Below are positions 42,373 to 51,346 of a stretch of DNA of 64,000 nt, in pieces (positions within the stretch are counted from its first letter, which is position 1; every line of letters starts with the position of its first letter). The stretch is taken from NCBI GenBank assembly GCA_001829155.1, contig MIAO01000136.1:5764-69763 (forward strand), written 5' to 3'. The notes under the pieces were generated by a model that saw only the letters and a list, made by a program, of their open reading frames with translations, had not been told where the DNA came from and ran no database searches. Both the position numbers and the translations under genes were made by a program. This DNA is from Spirochaetes bacterium GWB1_36_13. Its GTDB lineage: Bacteria; Spirochaetota; GWB1-36-13.

Positions 42373-43584
42373 TTAATCAGAAACTTCACTCTCCAGACCA
42401 AAAACTTCCAGGCTCCGTTTCAGAATTCCATGAAGAAAAGCAATAATTACTCCGTAATTGATAATCGGAACCCCCGCTTCTTTTGCCCTGTAAACGCGGT
42501 AAAGCATTTCTCTCCGGGTCAGCATGCAGCCTCCGCACTGAACAATCAGATCGTAATCCTTTAAATTTTCAGGAAAATCCCTGCCCTGAACATGGATAAA
42601 TTCAATTTCAACGCCCAGATAGGTTTTGATCCACCGGGGGATTTTCACTCTCCCCAGATCATCAGGCTGTGCATGGTGAGTGCAGGCTTCCGCCATCAGT
42701 ACCTTTGCCCCTGATTTCAGATTTTTTAAAGCATGAACCGCTTCAACCGAAGGATAGAGTTCTCCTTTGTATCTTGAAAAAAGAATCGAAAAAGAGGTTA
42801 AAGGAATGTCTTTTGGAAGATCGGCATCCACTTTCATAAAAGCATGGGAATCCGTAATAACGAGTTTCGGCTTTCTTTTTAAATTGTCTAAAGCCCAGCG
42901 GAGCTCTCTTTCTTTGGTTACATAAGCTTCTGCGTCGTGATCCAGAATATCGCGGATTGTCTGTACCTGAGGAAGAATCAAACGGTTTTTAGGCATCCCC
43001 GTATCAATCGGAATCACAAGCACCACCGTATCTCCCGGCTGAATCAGGTCTCCGACAATTGTATTTTCTTCAAAAAAACTGGGCGCTTTTTTTGCCATCA
43101 TCCCCTTGAGTCTGAAGATATTTTTTCCGCTTCGGGCACTGACAGAAATAAAGTCGTAGTTTTTTATTTTCTCTTCTATTTCAGAAGAAAGAAGCGTTTT
43201 ATCATCTTTATTATAAACAACAATAAACTCTGTCTTCTGTTCAATCATTTTTTTTGCCAGATCTTCCTCAAAACTCCCCCATCCGTTCTCATGGGAAATC
43301 ACCAGAAGCGCCAGATCAATTTTTCGAATCGTTTGATAGGTTTTTTCAATCCGTAGTTTCCCCAATTCCCCCTCATCATCGATTCCTGCCGTATCGATTA
43401 AAACAACAGGACCCAAAGGAAGAATTTCAATTGCCTTTTCTACAGGATCGGTGGTGGTTCCGGCTATTTCTGAAACAATAGAAAGCTGTTGAGAAGTCAA
43501 AGCGTTGATTAAAGAAGATTTGCCGACATTTCTTCTCCCGTATATTCCCAGATGAATTCGGTTTGATTTTGGTGTTTCTGTCAT
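42373..43584 (-). CDS. hydF: [FeFe]-hydrogenase maturation GTPase HydF-like protein
   Basis: N-terminal GTPase (G1 GRRNVGKSS, G3 DTAG, G4 NKDD). C-terminal CTHH...x45...QCGGC resembles the HydF CxHx(44-53)HCxxC cluster site, with Gln replacing the second His. Confidence 0.55.
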   Translation of the reverse strand: MTETPKSNRIHLGIYGRRNVGKSSLINALTSQQLSIVSEIAGTTTDPVEKAIEILPLGPVVLIDTAGIDDEGELGKLRIEKTYQTIRKIDLALLVISHENGWGSFEEDLAKKMIEQKTEFIVVYNKDDKTLLSSEIEEKIKNYDFISVSARSGKNIFRLKGMMAKKAPSFFEENTIVGDLIQPGDTVVLVIPIDTGMPKNRLILPQVQTIRDILDHDAEAYVTKERELRWALDNLKRKPKLVITDSHAFMKVDADLPKDIPLTSFSILFSRYKGELYPSVEAVHALKNLKSGAKVLMAEACTHHAQPDDLGRVKIPRWIKTYLGVEIEFIHVQGRDFPENLKDYDLIVQCGGCMLTRREMLYRVYRAKEAGVPIINYGVIIAFLHGILKRSLEVFGLESEVSD

Positions 43585-44963
43585 TGTTTCTCCTGACGGG
43601 TCATTTTATTTAAATTAAAAAAATCACTCGCTTCTTCTTTCGTGAGAAGTTTTTTTTCTAAAAGAAGTTTTTCAATGGGTTTTCCTGATTCAATGCCTTC
43701 TTTTACCAACAAGGCGATTTCTTCGTATCCCAGCTTCCGGTTTAAAGAAGTTAAAATACTGTAGGAAGAAAAAAGACCTTCCTGGCATTTTTGTTTATCC
43801 GCTTCAATTCCTTTCAAGCAGTTTTCAATAAAACTTTCTGTTCCGTCTTTTAAATTTTTCAAAGTTCTAAGAAAATGCGAAGCAATCACTGGAAGCCACG
43901 GGTTTAATTCAAGGTGCCCATTCATAACTGCTTGGGTAATCAGAGTGTCCGATGAAATTGTTTCATAAGCAATCTGAATCATAAGCTCAGGGATAACGGG
44001 ATTGACTTTTCCGGGCATCATGGATGATCCTGCCTGTACTTTAGGGAGTTTAACCTCTCCCACAGGAGAAGAAGATAAAAAACGGAGATCGCAAGCTATT
44101 TTATGCAGATTGACAGCAAAAACCTTAACCCATCCAAAAGCTTCTAAATAAACATCTTGATTGGAAGTAGCCTCCAGAAGGTTTTCAGATTTAGCCAAAC
44201 CGATTCCTGTGTATTCCCTTAAATAATTATAAGCTGAAAAAATATATTTTCTGGGCGCGTTCATCGATGTCCCCACTGCGGTTCCCCCGAGATTGACCAC
44301 ACGAAGCCTTTCTTCCGCTTTATAAAGCCGCCACCGGTCTCTGGATACTGCTTCCGCATAGGCGCCGAATTCCATCCCCAGCGTAATCGGCAGGGCATCC
44401 TGCATCTGGGTTCGGGCTATTTTATAAATACCGGAAAATTCTCTTTCTTTTTCTTGTAGAGTTTCCTGCAAACGGCAAACTGTTTCCGTCAATTCACGAA
44501 GCCTCCAGATTAAAGCAATGCTTAATGCACTCGGATAGGTGTCATTGGTGGACTGGCAGCAGTTGACCGTATCATTGGGATGAATCAATTGATATTCCCC
44601 CGGCTTTCTTTCTGCAAATAAAAGAGCCTGATTGGCGATCACCTCATTGATATTCATATGAAATGAAGTCCCCGCTCCGCCCTGTAAAGCGGGTACAATC
44701 ATGTTTTTTTCAAGTACTTCTTTATTGTCAATTAAAAAATGAACTGCTTTTTCAATCGCCTCCCATTGCTCTTTCCCAATCTCCCCTATTTCAAAAGCTG
44801 CTTTTAAACAGGCTTTTTTCACCAGTAAATAAGCTTTCATAAAGTAAGGGTCTATCCTTGAGTCTGAAACCGGAAAATTATTCCTGGCTCTTTCGGAATG
44901 AATTCCGTAAAGCGCGTTTTCCGGAATAAAAACTTGTCCTAAAAAATCTTTTTCTATTCTCAT
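43581..44963 (-). CDS. aspA: Aspartate ammonia-lyase / class II fumarase family, probably aspartase
   Basis: GSSMMPGKVNP signature loop. An N-terminus RIEKDFLGQVFIPENALYGIHSERA resembles aspartase more than FumC. Confidence 0.85.
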   Translation of the reverse strand: MRIEKDFLGQVFIPENALYGIHSERARNNFPVSDSRIDPYFMKAYLLVKKACLKAAFEIGEIGKEQWEAIEKAVHFLIDNKEVLEKNMIVPALQGGAGTSFHMNINEVIANQALLFAERKPGEYQLIHPNDTVNCCQSTNDTYPSALSIALIWRLRELTETVCRLQETLQEKEREFSGIYKIARTQMQDALPITLGMEFGAYAEAVSRDRWRLYKAEERLRVVNLGGTAVGTSMNAPRKYIFSAYNYLREYTGIGLAKSENLLEATSNQDVYLEAFGWVKVFAVNLHKIACDLRFLSSSPVGEVKLPKVQAGSSMMPGKVNPVIPELMIQIAYETISSDTLITQAVMNGHLELNPWLPVIASHFLRTLKNLKDGTESFIENCLKGIEADKQKCQEGLFSSYSILTSLNRKLGYEEIALLVKEGIESGKPIEKLLLEKKLLTKEEASDFFNLNKMTRQEKQ

Positions 44964-45047
44964 ATCCTTAAATTTATAATTTTTATGACTAAAAATCTAA
45001 AAAATATGATTAAAATAACTTTTTTACTATTTTTTGTATATTAATTT

Positions 45048-45740
45048 TTGACTTTTGACAGATTTGTTTTTATCTTTAAAGAGATAGATTATTTTGCAGG
45101 TATCAGGGGAGTAACGATGGCAAGAAAAAGAAAAGATTTGGATATTTCCAAAAAAGAATTCCTGTCTCCAAGAGAAGCGGGAAGCATCGCCGGCGTCTTT
45201 CAGACCAGTGTCATTTACTGGATTAAGAAGAAAGGGTTAAAAGCGCATAGAAGTCCAGGAGGGCATTATAAGATTTCAAAACAGGATTTATTGAAATTTT
45301 TAGACAAACATGATATTTATAATATCGATAGAACCAGAAAAACTAAATACCGGATCATGGTTATTGATGATGATAAATCAACCGTTGATTCGCTTATTGA
45401 GATTCTCACACCCGATTACGATGTTTCGGCATGGGATTTTAAAGGCAGTCTGGTTCAAAAAACCAAAGACTTTGCCCCGGATTTGATTATGCTGGATATC
45501 CGTCTTCCCAATAAAGACGGTTTTGAAGTTTTCAATGAGTTTAAAAGCGACCTTCAGACAAGAGGAATTCCTGTTATCTTTTTATCAGGAATGACAGATG
45601 AAAACACCGTTGTCAAAGGGCTTTCAACTACAGCAGAAGACTATATTAAAAAGCCTTTCCTTTTTGAAGAAGCTAAACTTCGGGTCAAAAAGATTCTTGA
45701 TAGAATCTATCATGTGAAACCTGAAGAAGAATTAGATTAA
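45048..45740 (+). CDS. Response regulator with an N-terminal MerR/excisionase-type HTH (HTH_17) and a C-terminal receiver
   Basis: HTH FLSPREAGSIAGVFQTSVIYWIKKKGLKAHRSPGGHYKI, then REC (IMVIDDDKS...LIMLDIRLPNKDG...KKPF). The likely true start is MARKRK at about 45115. Confidence 0.75.
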   Translation: MTFDRFVFIFKEIDYFAGIRGVTMARKRKDLDISKKEFLSPREAGSIAGVFQTSVIYWIKKKGLKAHRSPGGHYKISKQDLLKFLDKHDIYNIDRTRKTKYRIMVIDDDKSTVDSLIEILTPDYDVSAWDFKGSLVQKTKDFAPDLIMLDIRLPNKDGFEVFNEFKSDLQTRGIPVIFLSGMTDENTVVKGLSTTAEDYIKKPFLFEEAKLRVKKILDRIYHVKPEEELD

Positions 45741-45841
45741 AATTTAGGGAAGTTCTAAAAATAGAGAAATCTTTTTATCTTAAGATTTCTCACTTTGTTC
45801 GAAATGACAGGAAAATTAATTTTTAGAACTCTCCTTTAATC

Positions 45842-45896
45842 AAAAACTGTCTGAAAGCTTATGATTTAAAAAATAATACTGCTTCAGACAGTTTTT
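45842..45896. terminator. Long-stem hairpin (14-16 bp) acting as a bidirectional terminator
   Basis: aaaaactgtctgaaagc ... gcttcagacagttttt. The right arm overlaps the TGA of the small minus-strand ORF. Confidence 0.55.
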
Positions 45897-46090
45897 GATT
45901 GATACCTTTTTAAAGGAATAATTTTTCTTTCTTCTATACTTTTAAAAACTTCCCGTATCAGTTTTTTTCGGTATAAATAAAAATCTTCATCTAAAATTTC
46001 TATTTCTTTTCCATTTTGATAGAGCTTTTGAATCAATTCAAAGACTTTTTCCATTGTAGTTTCATCTGATCGCATATGAAGAAAAGGCAT
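45884..46090 (-). CDS. Small hypothetical protein (68 aa)
   Basis: GGGGGGAT RBS 4 nt upstream of ATG. No recognisable motif. Confidence 0.4.
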   Translation of the reverse strand: MPFLHMRSDETTMEKVFELIQKLYQNGKEIEILDEDFYLYRKKLIREVFKSIEERKIIPLKRYQSKTV

Positions 46091-46219
46091 TTTATCCCCC
46101 CATTAAATTATCTTGAATAAAAGATACAAACAGGATATGTCAAAATAGGTCATAGGTATGATTTTTTAAAAAAAAATTAAGATAAAAAAAGAAAAAGGGC
46201 GAAAACCGCCCCCTGAATA

Positions 46220-46642
46220 TTAAAGAATTGCTACAAGCTCAATATCAAAATAAAGATCTTTACCCGCAAGAAAATGATTGGCATCTAAAACAACTTTTGC
46301 GTCCTTGATTTCCACTACTTTTACAGTCATAGGATACTCAGGAGTATCTACCTGAAACTGCATTCCGATTTGCGGCTCTACCCCTTCCGGAAAAAGACTT
46401 TTCTCTACTTCCATCACCATTTCAGGTCTATGAGGTCCATAAGCATCCAAGAAAGGGATATGGATTGATTTTTTCTCACCCACTGTCATATCTAAAACAG
46501 CGCTGTCAAATCCGGCAATCAGCTGCCCCGCTCCAATAGTCGTCATCAGAGGTTCCCGATTTAATGAAGAATCGAAAGAACTTCCATCTTCTAATTTTCC
46601 AGTATAATGAATCTGGACCTTATCGCCTTTTTTTACTTTCAT
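46220..46642 (-). CDS. slyD: FKBP-type peptidyl-prolyl isomerase, SlyD-like
   Basis: MKVKKGDKVQIHYTGKLEDGSSFDSS... FKBP fold with an inserted-flap region. 140 aa. Confidence 0.85.
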   Translation of the reverse strand: MKVKKGDKVQIHYTGKLEDGSSFDSSLNREPLMTTIGAGQLIAGFDSAVLDMTVGEKKSIHIPFLDAYGPHRPEMVMEVEKSLFPEGVEPQIGMQFQVDTPEYPMTVKVVEIKDAKVVLDANHFLAGKDLYFDIELVAIL

Positions 46643-46697
46643 AAAAATTCCTTTGATTTAGTTTAAGACTTAAAATAATTTTCAAGAAAATCTTTTA

Positions 46698-46779
46698 AGA
46701 TTTGAAGTGCGAGAGGAGGGAGTTGAACCCTCACACCATAAGGCGCTAGATCCTAAGTCTAGTGCGTCTGCCAGTTCCG
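46698..46779 (-). tRNA. tRNA-Leu (anticodon TAG), long variable arm
   Basis: Reverse complement GCGAGAGTGGCGGAACTGGCAGACGCACTAGACTTAGGATCTAG...GGGTTCAACTCCCTCCTCTCGCA. Anticodon loop is CTTAGGA. CCA is not encoded. Confidence 0.85.
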
Positions 46780-46786
46780 CCACTCT

Positions 46787-46859
46787 CGCTATAAACTGAG
46801 CCGTATAGGATTTGAACCTATGACCCACTGATTAAGAGTCAGTTGCTCTACCAACTGAG
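46787..46859 (-). tRNA. tRNA-Lys (anticodon CTT)
   Basis: Reverse complement GGGCCGTTAGCTCAGTTGGTAGAGCAACTGACTCTTAATCAGTGGGTCATAGGTTCAAATCCTATACGGCTCA. Anticodon loop is CTCTTAA. Confidence 0.85.
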
Positions 46860-46872
46860 CTAACGGCCCTTT

Positions 46873-46946
46873 TTCCAATAAGCGCGTCTGGCAGGACTTG
46901 AACCTGCGACTCTTGGATTCGAAGTCCAAAGCTCTATCCAGCTGAG
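46873..46946 (-). tRNA. tRNA-Arg (anticodon TCG)
   Basis: Reverse complement GCGTTTGTAGCTCAGCTGGATAGAGCTTTGGACTTCGAATCCAAGAGTCGCAGGTTCAAGTCCTGCCAGACGCG. Anticodon loop is CTTCGAA. Confidence 0.8.
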
Positions 46947-46958
46947 CTACAAACGCAT

Positions 46959-47033
46959 TTTCGAAATGGGTGGGTAATGGGATTTGAACCCACGGCCCTC
47001 AACTCCACAAACTGATGCTCTAACCAACTGAGC
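46959..47033 (-). tRNA. tRNA-His (anticodon GTG) with genomically encoded G-1
   Basis: Reverse complement G-GTGGGTGTAGCTCAGTTGGTTAGAGCATCAGTTTGTGGAGTTGAGGGCCGTGGGTTCAAATCCCATTACCCAC-C. The extra 5' G can pair with discriminator C73. Confidence 0.8.
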
Positions 47034-47068
47034 TACACCCACCATTATTGAAAAGGATTGTACGAAGA

Positions 47069-47142
47069 AAATCCTAAATACGCCAAAGAGGATTTGAACC
47101 TCTGACCCACAGCTTAGAAGGCTGTTGCTCTATCCAACTGAG
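47069..47142 (-). tRNA. tRNA-Arg (anticodon TCT)
   Basis: Reverse complement GCGCCAATAGCTCAGTTGGATAGAGCAACAGCCTTCTAAGCTGTGGGTCAGAGGTTCAAATCCTCTTTGGCGTA. Anticodon loop is CTTCTAA. Confidence 0.8.
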
Positions 47143-47156
47143 CTATTGGCGCGCTT

Positions 47157-47230
47157 TTTTTGAAAATCGGGGTAGAGGGATTCGAACCCCCGACAGCTGG
47201 TTCCCAAAACCAGTGCGCTACCAAACTGCG
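47157..47230 (-). tRNA. tRNA-Pro (anticodon TGG)
   Basis: Reverse complement CGGGGTATAGCGCAGTTTGGTAGCGCACTGGTTTTGGGAACCAGCTGTCGGGGGTTCGAATCCCTCTACCCCGA. Anticodon loop is TTTGGGA. Confidence 0.85.
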
Positions 47231-47313
47231 CTATACCCCGAATCATTGTTTTATAGATATTAAAATTTAGTAAAAACTTTTATCCATGTCAAATTTTTAT
47301 TTTTTTTAATTCA

Positions 47314-47349
47314 ATAAATCTCCTGTTGTTTTACAGCAGGAGATTTATT
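47314..47349. other. 13-bp perfect hairpin between the small ORF and the tRNA array
   Basis: aataaatctcctg-(10 nt loop)-caggagatttatt. It abuts the stop codon of the 47350 ORF. There is no clear T-tract in the minus direction. Confidence 0.4.
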
Positions 47350-47679
47350 TTATTGAAAATCAGGACACTGATCAATAAATTCCTTTACTTCTTTTTGGAG
47401 CTTACTCCAGCTGGTTGCGTAAAGAATCAGAATCGGAATGATTCCAAGCGTTAATCCTCGGACTACCGGATTTGGTGCAAAAGGATTGTAAATCAAAACA
47501 GTATCTGTCTTGGTTTGCTTAATTTTAAAAGCTATGCCGCTCGCACCGCTTTTTCTTAAAACACCTACCTTCAAAGGATTAATATAAAATTCATACTGAC
47601 TTCCGAATTTTTGCTTTAAAACTTCGAGAGCTTTTTCTGTCGTCATGCTTTCATTTTTTCTCATAATTTTTTTGGGCAT
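47350..47679 (-). CDS. Hypothetical small protein with a C-terminal hydrophobic segment
   Basis: 109 aa. No recognisable motif. Possibly membrane-associated (GLTLGIIPILILYATSW). Confidence 0.45.
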   Translation of the reverse strand: MPKKIMRKNESMTTEKALEVLKQKFGSQYEFYINPLKVGVLRKSGASGIAFKIKQTKTDTVLIYNPFAPNPVVRGLTLGIIPILILYATSWSKLQKEVKEFIDQCPDFQ

Positions 47680-47828
47680 TGATTTCCTCCTTAAAAAATA
47701 AAATCTCTAAAATAAGAATAATCATTTTAAAAATAAAAGCAATTGTTTTTTTTAGAATATTTTTTTGTTTTTTCTGATAAATAGGTTAATTTATTAATAT
47801 GGAGTTTTTATATTAAAGGAGTATTCAA

Positions 47829-48539
47829 ATGAAAAAAATATTAGTTTTTTGCTTTGCGTTTCTGCTGGCCGTTCCTTCCTTTGCTGATCTTTTCGATCTT
47901 GGAGGGTTCACTACAAAGACAAAAGCTCAGGCAGATCAGGAATTTGAAAGACTGGGAGATCTTTTATCCCAAACATTAAACTCAGGTCTGGGTGATGCGA
48001 TGAATATCGGGTTTGTAAAAGGTGGAGTTGAAATGGTTGTTGTGCCATTTAAAAAAGAGGGTGTTTTAAGCAATGCCCCTGTCTCCGTACTTCCTATGCC
48101 TTATCTTTACGGCGGTGTTTCTCTTTTCGGAATCACCCCTTTTGCCAGAGTCATGCCTCTTGTTTTTCTGAAACAAAATGGAAAAACACCTATGTTTATC
48201 GGCGGAGGACTGGGATATGAAATCGATTTTACCCCTCTTTTTACTCTGATGCCTTCAGCCACCTATCACACAATTCTTAATTTTGACGATTTAAAGGTCA
48301 GCTCTATGGCATTTCATTTACAGGCAAGAGTCAACCTTCTTTTGGTCACTGCTTTTGCAAATGCAGGTTATTCTATCAATAAATATAAAACAGAAATTAA
48401 TCTGTTAGATGCCACCAAATTTGAATATTCAAAAAATATGCTTCACGCCTCCATCGGAGCAAAAGTTCTTTTCCTTTATGCTGAATTAGGAATTCTTCCA
48501 AGCGTCAGCTATACAGTCGGAGTCAGTATCGGATTTTAA
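47829..48539 (+). CDS. Putative outer-membrane beta-barrel protein
   Basis: Signal peptide (LLAVPSFA), alternating amphipathic beta-strand pattern, and a C-terminal ...VGVSIGF ending in Phe. RBS AAGGAG. Confidence 0.6.
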   Translation: MKKILVFCFAFLLAVPSFADLFDLGGFTTKTKAQADQEFERLGDLLSQTLNSGLGDAMNIGFVKGGVEMVVVPFKKEGVLSNAPVSVLPMPYLYGGVSLFGITPFARVMPLVFLKQNGKTPMFIGGGLGYEIDFTPLFTLMPSATYHTILNFDDLKVSSMAFHLQARVNLLLVTAFANAGYSINKYKTEINLLDATKFEYSKNMLHASIGAKVLFLYAELGILPSVSYTVGVSIGF

Positions 48540-48557
48540 GAAAGTCTTTAGAAGAAA

Positions 48558-48590
48558 TGACGGAGTAAAAAACTCCGTCATTTTTTTTGT
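48558..48590 (+). terminator. Rho-independent terminator
   Basis: tgacggagt-aaaaa-actccgtca followed by T9. Confidence 0.7.
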
Positions 48591-48599
48591 TCATTATTC

Positions 48600-49469
48600 T
48601 TAGATTTTTTTGATAATATCATAGATTTCATTGTATTTTTCAAGCGTTTTTTCAATAATTTCCTCAGGCAGTTCTGGAGCATCCGTTTCACCCTGCCAGC
48701 CGATAGAAGAACAATAATCCCTGATAAACTGCTTATCATAACTGAAAGGCGATTCCCCTGCTTTATAAAGAGATTTAGGCCAGAATCTCGATGAATCCGG
48801 AGTCAGAATTTCATCAATTAAAATCAGTTTTCCGTCTGAAAATCCGAATTCAAATTTGGTATCCGCAAGGATAATCCCCATTTTTTCCAATAAATTCCTG
48901 CCCTTTTCATAAACTTCCAAGGTCATTTTTTTAAGGGTTAACGCCGTTTCCTTTCCTGCTATTTCCACCATTCTTTCAAAATTAATATTTTCATCATGTC
49001 CATGATCATTTTTAAACGCAGGAGTAAAAAGGGCTTCAGGAAGCTTTTCAGCCATTTTCAATCCTTTGGGAAGAGTAATTCCGCAGACAGTTCCCGATTC
49101 TTTGTATTCTTTCCATCCGGTACCGATAATATAGCCGCGCGCCACACATTCAATGTCAATTCGTTTCGCCTTTTTAACTAAAACAGCCCGCCCTTCCAAT
49201 TCTTTATATTGATTGACAGGAGCTGGGAAACGGTCTAATTTTGTTTCTACAAGGTGATTTTCAATCCCGATTTTTTGAAACCAGTGATTTGAAATTTGAG
49301 TCAGAATCACTCCTTTACCAGGAATCCCGTTTGGAAACACTCTGTCAAAGGCCGAGACTCTGTCTGTGGCTACAAGTAAAAGATGATTTTCATCCATCTC
49401 ATACATATTTCTGACTTTCCCCTTATGAAGCAGTTTCAAGGGAAGTTCTACATCTAATAATGCCTGCAT
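48600..49469 (-). CDS. purC: Phosphoribosylaminoimidazole-succinocarboxamide (SAICAR) synthase
   Basis: LLHKGKVRNMYEMDENHLLLVATDRVSAFDRVFPNGIPGKG and a conserved C-terminal region. 289 aa. Confidence 0.92.
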   Translation of the reverse strand: MQALLDVELPLKLLHKGKVRNMYEMDENHLLLVATDRVSAFDRVFPNGIPGKGVILTQISNHWFQKIGIENHLVETKLDRFPAPVNQYKELEGRAVLVKKAKRIDIECVARGYIIGTGWKEYKESGTVCGITLPKGLKMAEKLPEALFTPAFKNDHGHDENINFERMVEIAGKETALTLKKMTLEVYEKGRNLLEKMGIILADTKFEFGFSDGKLILIDEILTPDSSRFWPKSLYKAGESPFSYDKQFIRDYCSSIGWQGETDAPELPEEIIEKTLEKYNEIYDIIKKI

Positions 49470-49472
49470 GCA

Positions 49473-50096
49473 TTACTCCTTTATTTCAATATTTGAGAAC
49501 CACCACACAATTTTTCTGTAATTTGTGTGTTCTATAATATTAAGTATTTTTGGAAAAATTTTATTTTGAACAAAAAGGTAATTTTTATATTCAAAAGTAA
49601 ATATTTTTTGATCATTTTTATAAAGAAGAATTTTTTCCACTAAGCCTTTCTCATCAAAAATGATTTCTTCCGAAAAATTGCCCTTTTTATAAATCATTTT
49701 CCCGTCTTTTTTTTCTTCATAGGCATCTTTTAAAACAGGCAGATGCCCCCTCAACAAGGCTGCGTAATCAAAAACAGCAATAGGGGGTAGAATATCCGCC
49801 AAATTATCATTTTCATCCACAATATAAATTGTTTCATTTTCCTTTAAAAACCACTGATTATTTTCAAAAATCAAGAAAAACCGTTCTTTATTTAAAAGCG
49901 TATCAAAGCCTTTAATTTCCATAATGTTTTTGTTTTCATCTACATAAATTGTAATGTCTAATGATATTTGATCTTTTCTGGAAGATAAATACCCTGTTAT
50001 ATTGTAAACCAATAAATTTTTATCCGATTGAATCGTTTCATCTGAGATACAAGATGTCAAAAATAAAATCATCAGTAATAGAATATTTTTTTTCAA
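49473..50096 (-). CDS. Hypothetical lipoprotein
   Basis: Signal peptide plus lipobox LTSC. 207 aa. Confidence 0.55.
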   Translation of the reverse strand: MKKNILLLMILFLTSCISDETIQSDKNLLVYNITGYLSSRKDQISLDITIYVDENKNIMEIKGFDTLLNKERFFLIFENNQWFLKENETIYIVDENDNLADILPPIAVFDYAALLRGHLPVLKDAYEEKKDGKMIYKKGNFSEEIIFDEKGLVEKILLYKNDQKIFTFEYKNYLFVQNKIFPKILNIIEHTNYRKIVWWFSNIEIKE

Positions 50097-50105
50097 AACA
50101 GATCC

Positions 50106-50606
50106 TTATTCATTTTCAGTATAAAGCTGCATATTCATTTCTTGAAGTTTTTCAATAATTTCCTGTATTTCAACATTTTTTTCGATATAATTTTGAATTT
50201 CTTTATCATATTTTAACGCAAAATCTTCAAAATCATTCCTTTTTACTCCCCAGCTCTCAAAAAATTTAACTTCCTGCTGGTTTTTCCGGTTTTCAAGCTC
50301 AGGATTTTCCTGTTGTTCCTCAAGACTTATCTCTGTATTTTCAGAATTTTTAGCAAATTTTTGCAGATCAGCTGTCCATTTATTCTGATGTTCCATTAAG
50401 GAAAGATAGATTTTTACCCAATTTTCTACCGTCAGCTGTTTTATTTTCTGAATGGGAATTGTCATTTGAATTTCAGGGATTTTCTTCATTTCTACCTTGG
50501 ATTGGCTTTCATTTTTATTGAGAGTTGTATCTTGATTTTTACTTTTATCGTTACTGCAGGAAAAAATAAAAAAGACAAGTAAAAAAAGAATTACTTTTTT
50601 ATACAT
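50106..50606 (-). CDS. Hypothetical lipoprotein
   Basis: Signal peptide plus lipobox FSCS. 166 aa, E/Q-rich. Confidence 0.55.
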   Translation of the reverse strand: MYKKVILFLLVFFIFSCSNDKSKNQDTTLNKNESQSKVEMKKIPEIQMTIPIQKIKQLTVENWVKIYLSLMEHQNKWTADLQKFAKNSENTEISLEEQQENPELENRKNQQEVKFFESWGVKRNDFEDFALKYDKEIQNYIEKNVEIQEIIEKLQEMNMQLYTENE

Positions 50607-50711
50607 ACTTTTCTCCTTAAAAGTTTTTTTTCATTTCATTTTTATTAATATTAAATTTACAATAAAATAAGATGAATAATTATCTTTTTTTTAATGAAAT
50701 AAGGAGTATCC

Positions 50712-51284
50712 ATGAATTTTTCAAAAATATTTTTTTCTTCTCTTTTTGTTTTTCTTTTCCTCACCCAGTTTTCTTTTTCAGAAAACTCGAAAAAAAGAGA
50801 GCAGGCTATCGCACTGAACAAACAGGGAAAAGAACTGAACAACAATAGTCAGGCTGAGATACAGCTTTATATCAAGGCTCTTGATACTGATTCCTCTTAT
50901 TCTGTTTCCTATTATAATCTGGGAAATGTCTTTTTTAATCTCAAAGATTATGATAAAGCTCTGGTGTATTACCAATATTCACTGGATATCGCTCCTCAGG
51001 ATACAGATGCTCTTTATAATATTGCTTTTGCTTTTTACAAGAAAAAAAATCATTCTCAAGCTGTAATTCACTTGCAGAAATTATTGAAAATAAATCAAAA
51101 AGATTATGAAGCCATGTATTTTCTTTCAAAAATTTACATGACTACTCAGTCCCAGACCAGTTTAAATGCCGCAAGAACCTATCTGAAAGATATTATTCAA
51201 AACACCATGGATTTAAAACTCAAAGATAAAAGTATGAAACTTCAGACAAAACTGGAAAAAATCTTGGAAGTAAAAAAACAATAG
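50712..51284 (+). CDS. TPR-repeat protein, secreted
   Basis: Signal peptide and TPR units (YYNLGNVFFNLKDYDKALVYYQYSLDIAPQD...). RBS AAGGAG. Confidence 0.7.
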   Translation: MNFSKIFFSSLFVFLFLTQFSFSENSKKREQAIALNKQGKELNNNSQAEIQLYIKALDTDSSYSVSYYNLGNVFFNLKDYDKALVYYQYSLDIAPQDTDALYNIAFAFYKKKNHSQAVIHLQKLLKINQKDYEAMYFLSKIYMTTQSQTSLNAARTYLKDIIQNTMDLKLKDKSMKLQTKLEKILEVKKQ

Positions 51285-51296
51285 ATAAGGATTTGA

Positions 51297-51326
51297 AACA
51301 GCGGACAAAAGTCCGCTGTCTTATTT
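51297..51326. terminator. Bidirectional hairpin terminator
   Basis: acagcggac-aaaa-gtccgctgt between a plus-strand TPR gene and a minus-strand SDR gene. Confidence 0.55.
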
Positions 51327-51346
51327 GAGTAAAGAATACCCAAAAA

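Noticed and set aside
42937-43481. 139-aa and 75-aa plus-strand ORFs inside the HydF-like gene
   Set aside because: Shadow ORFs opposite a gene that has clear GTPase motifs.
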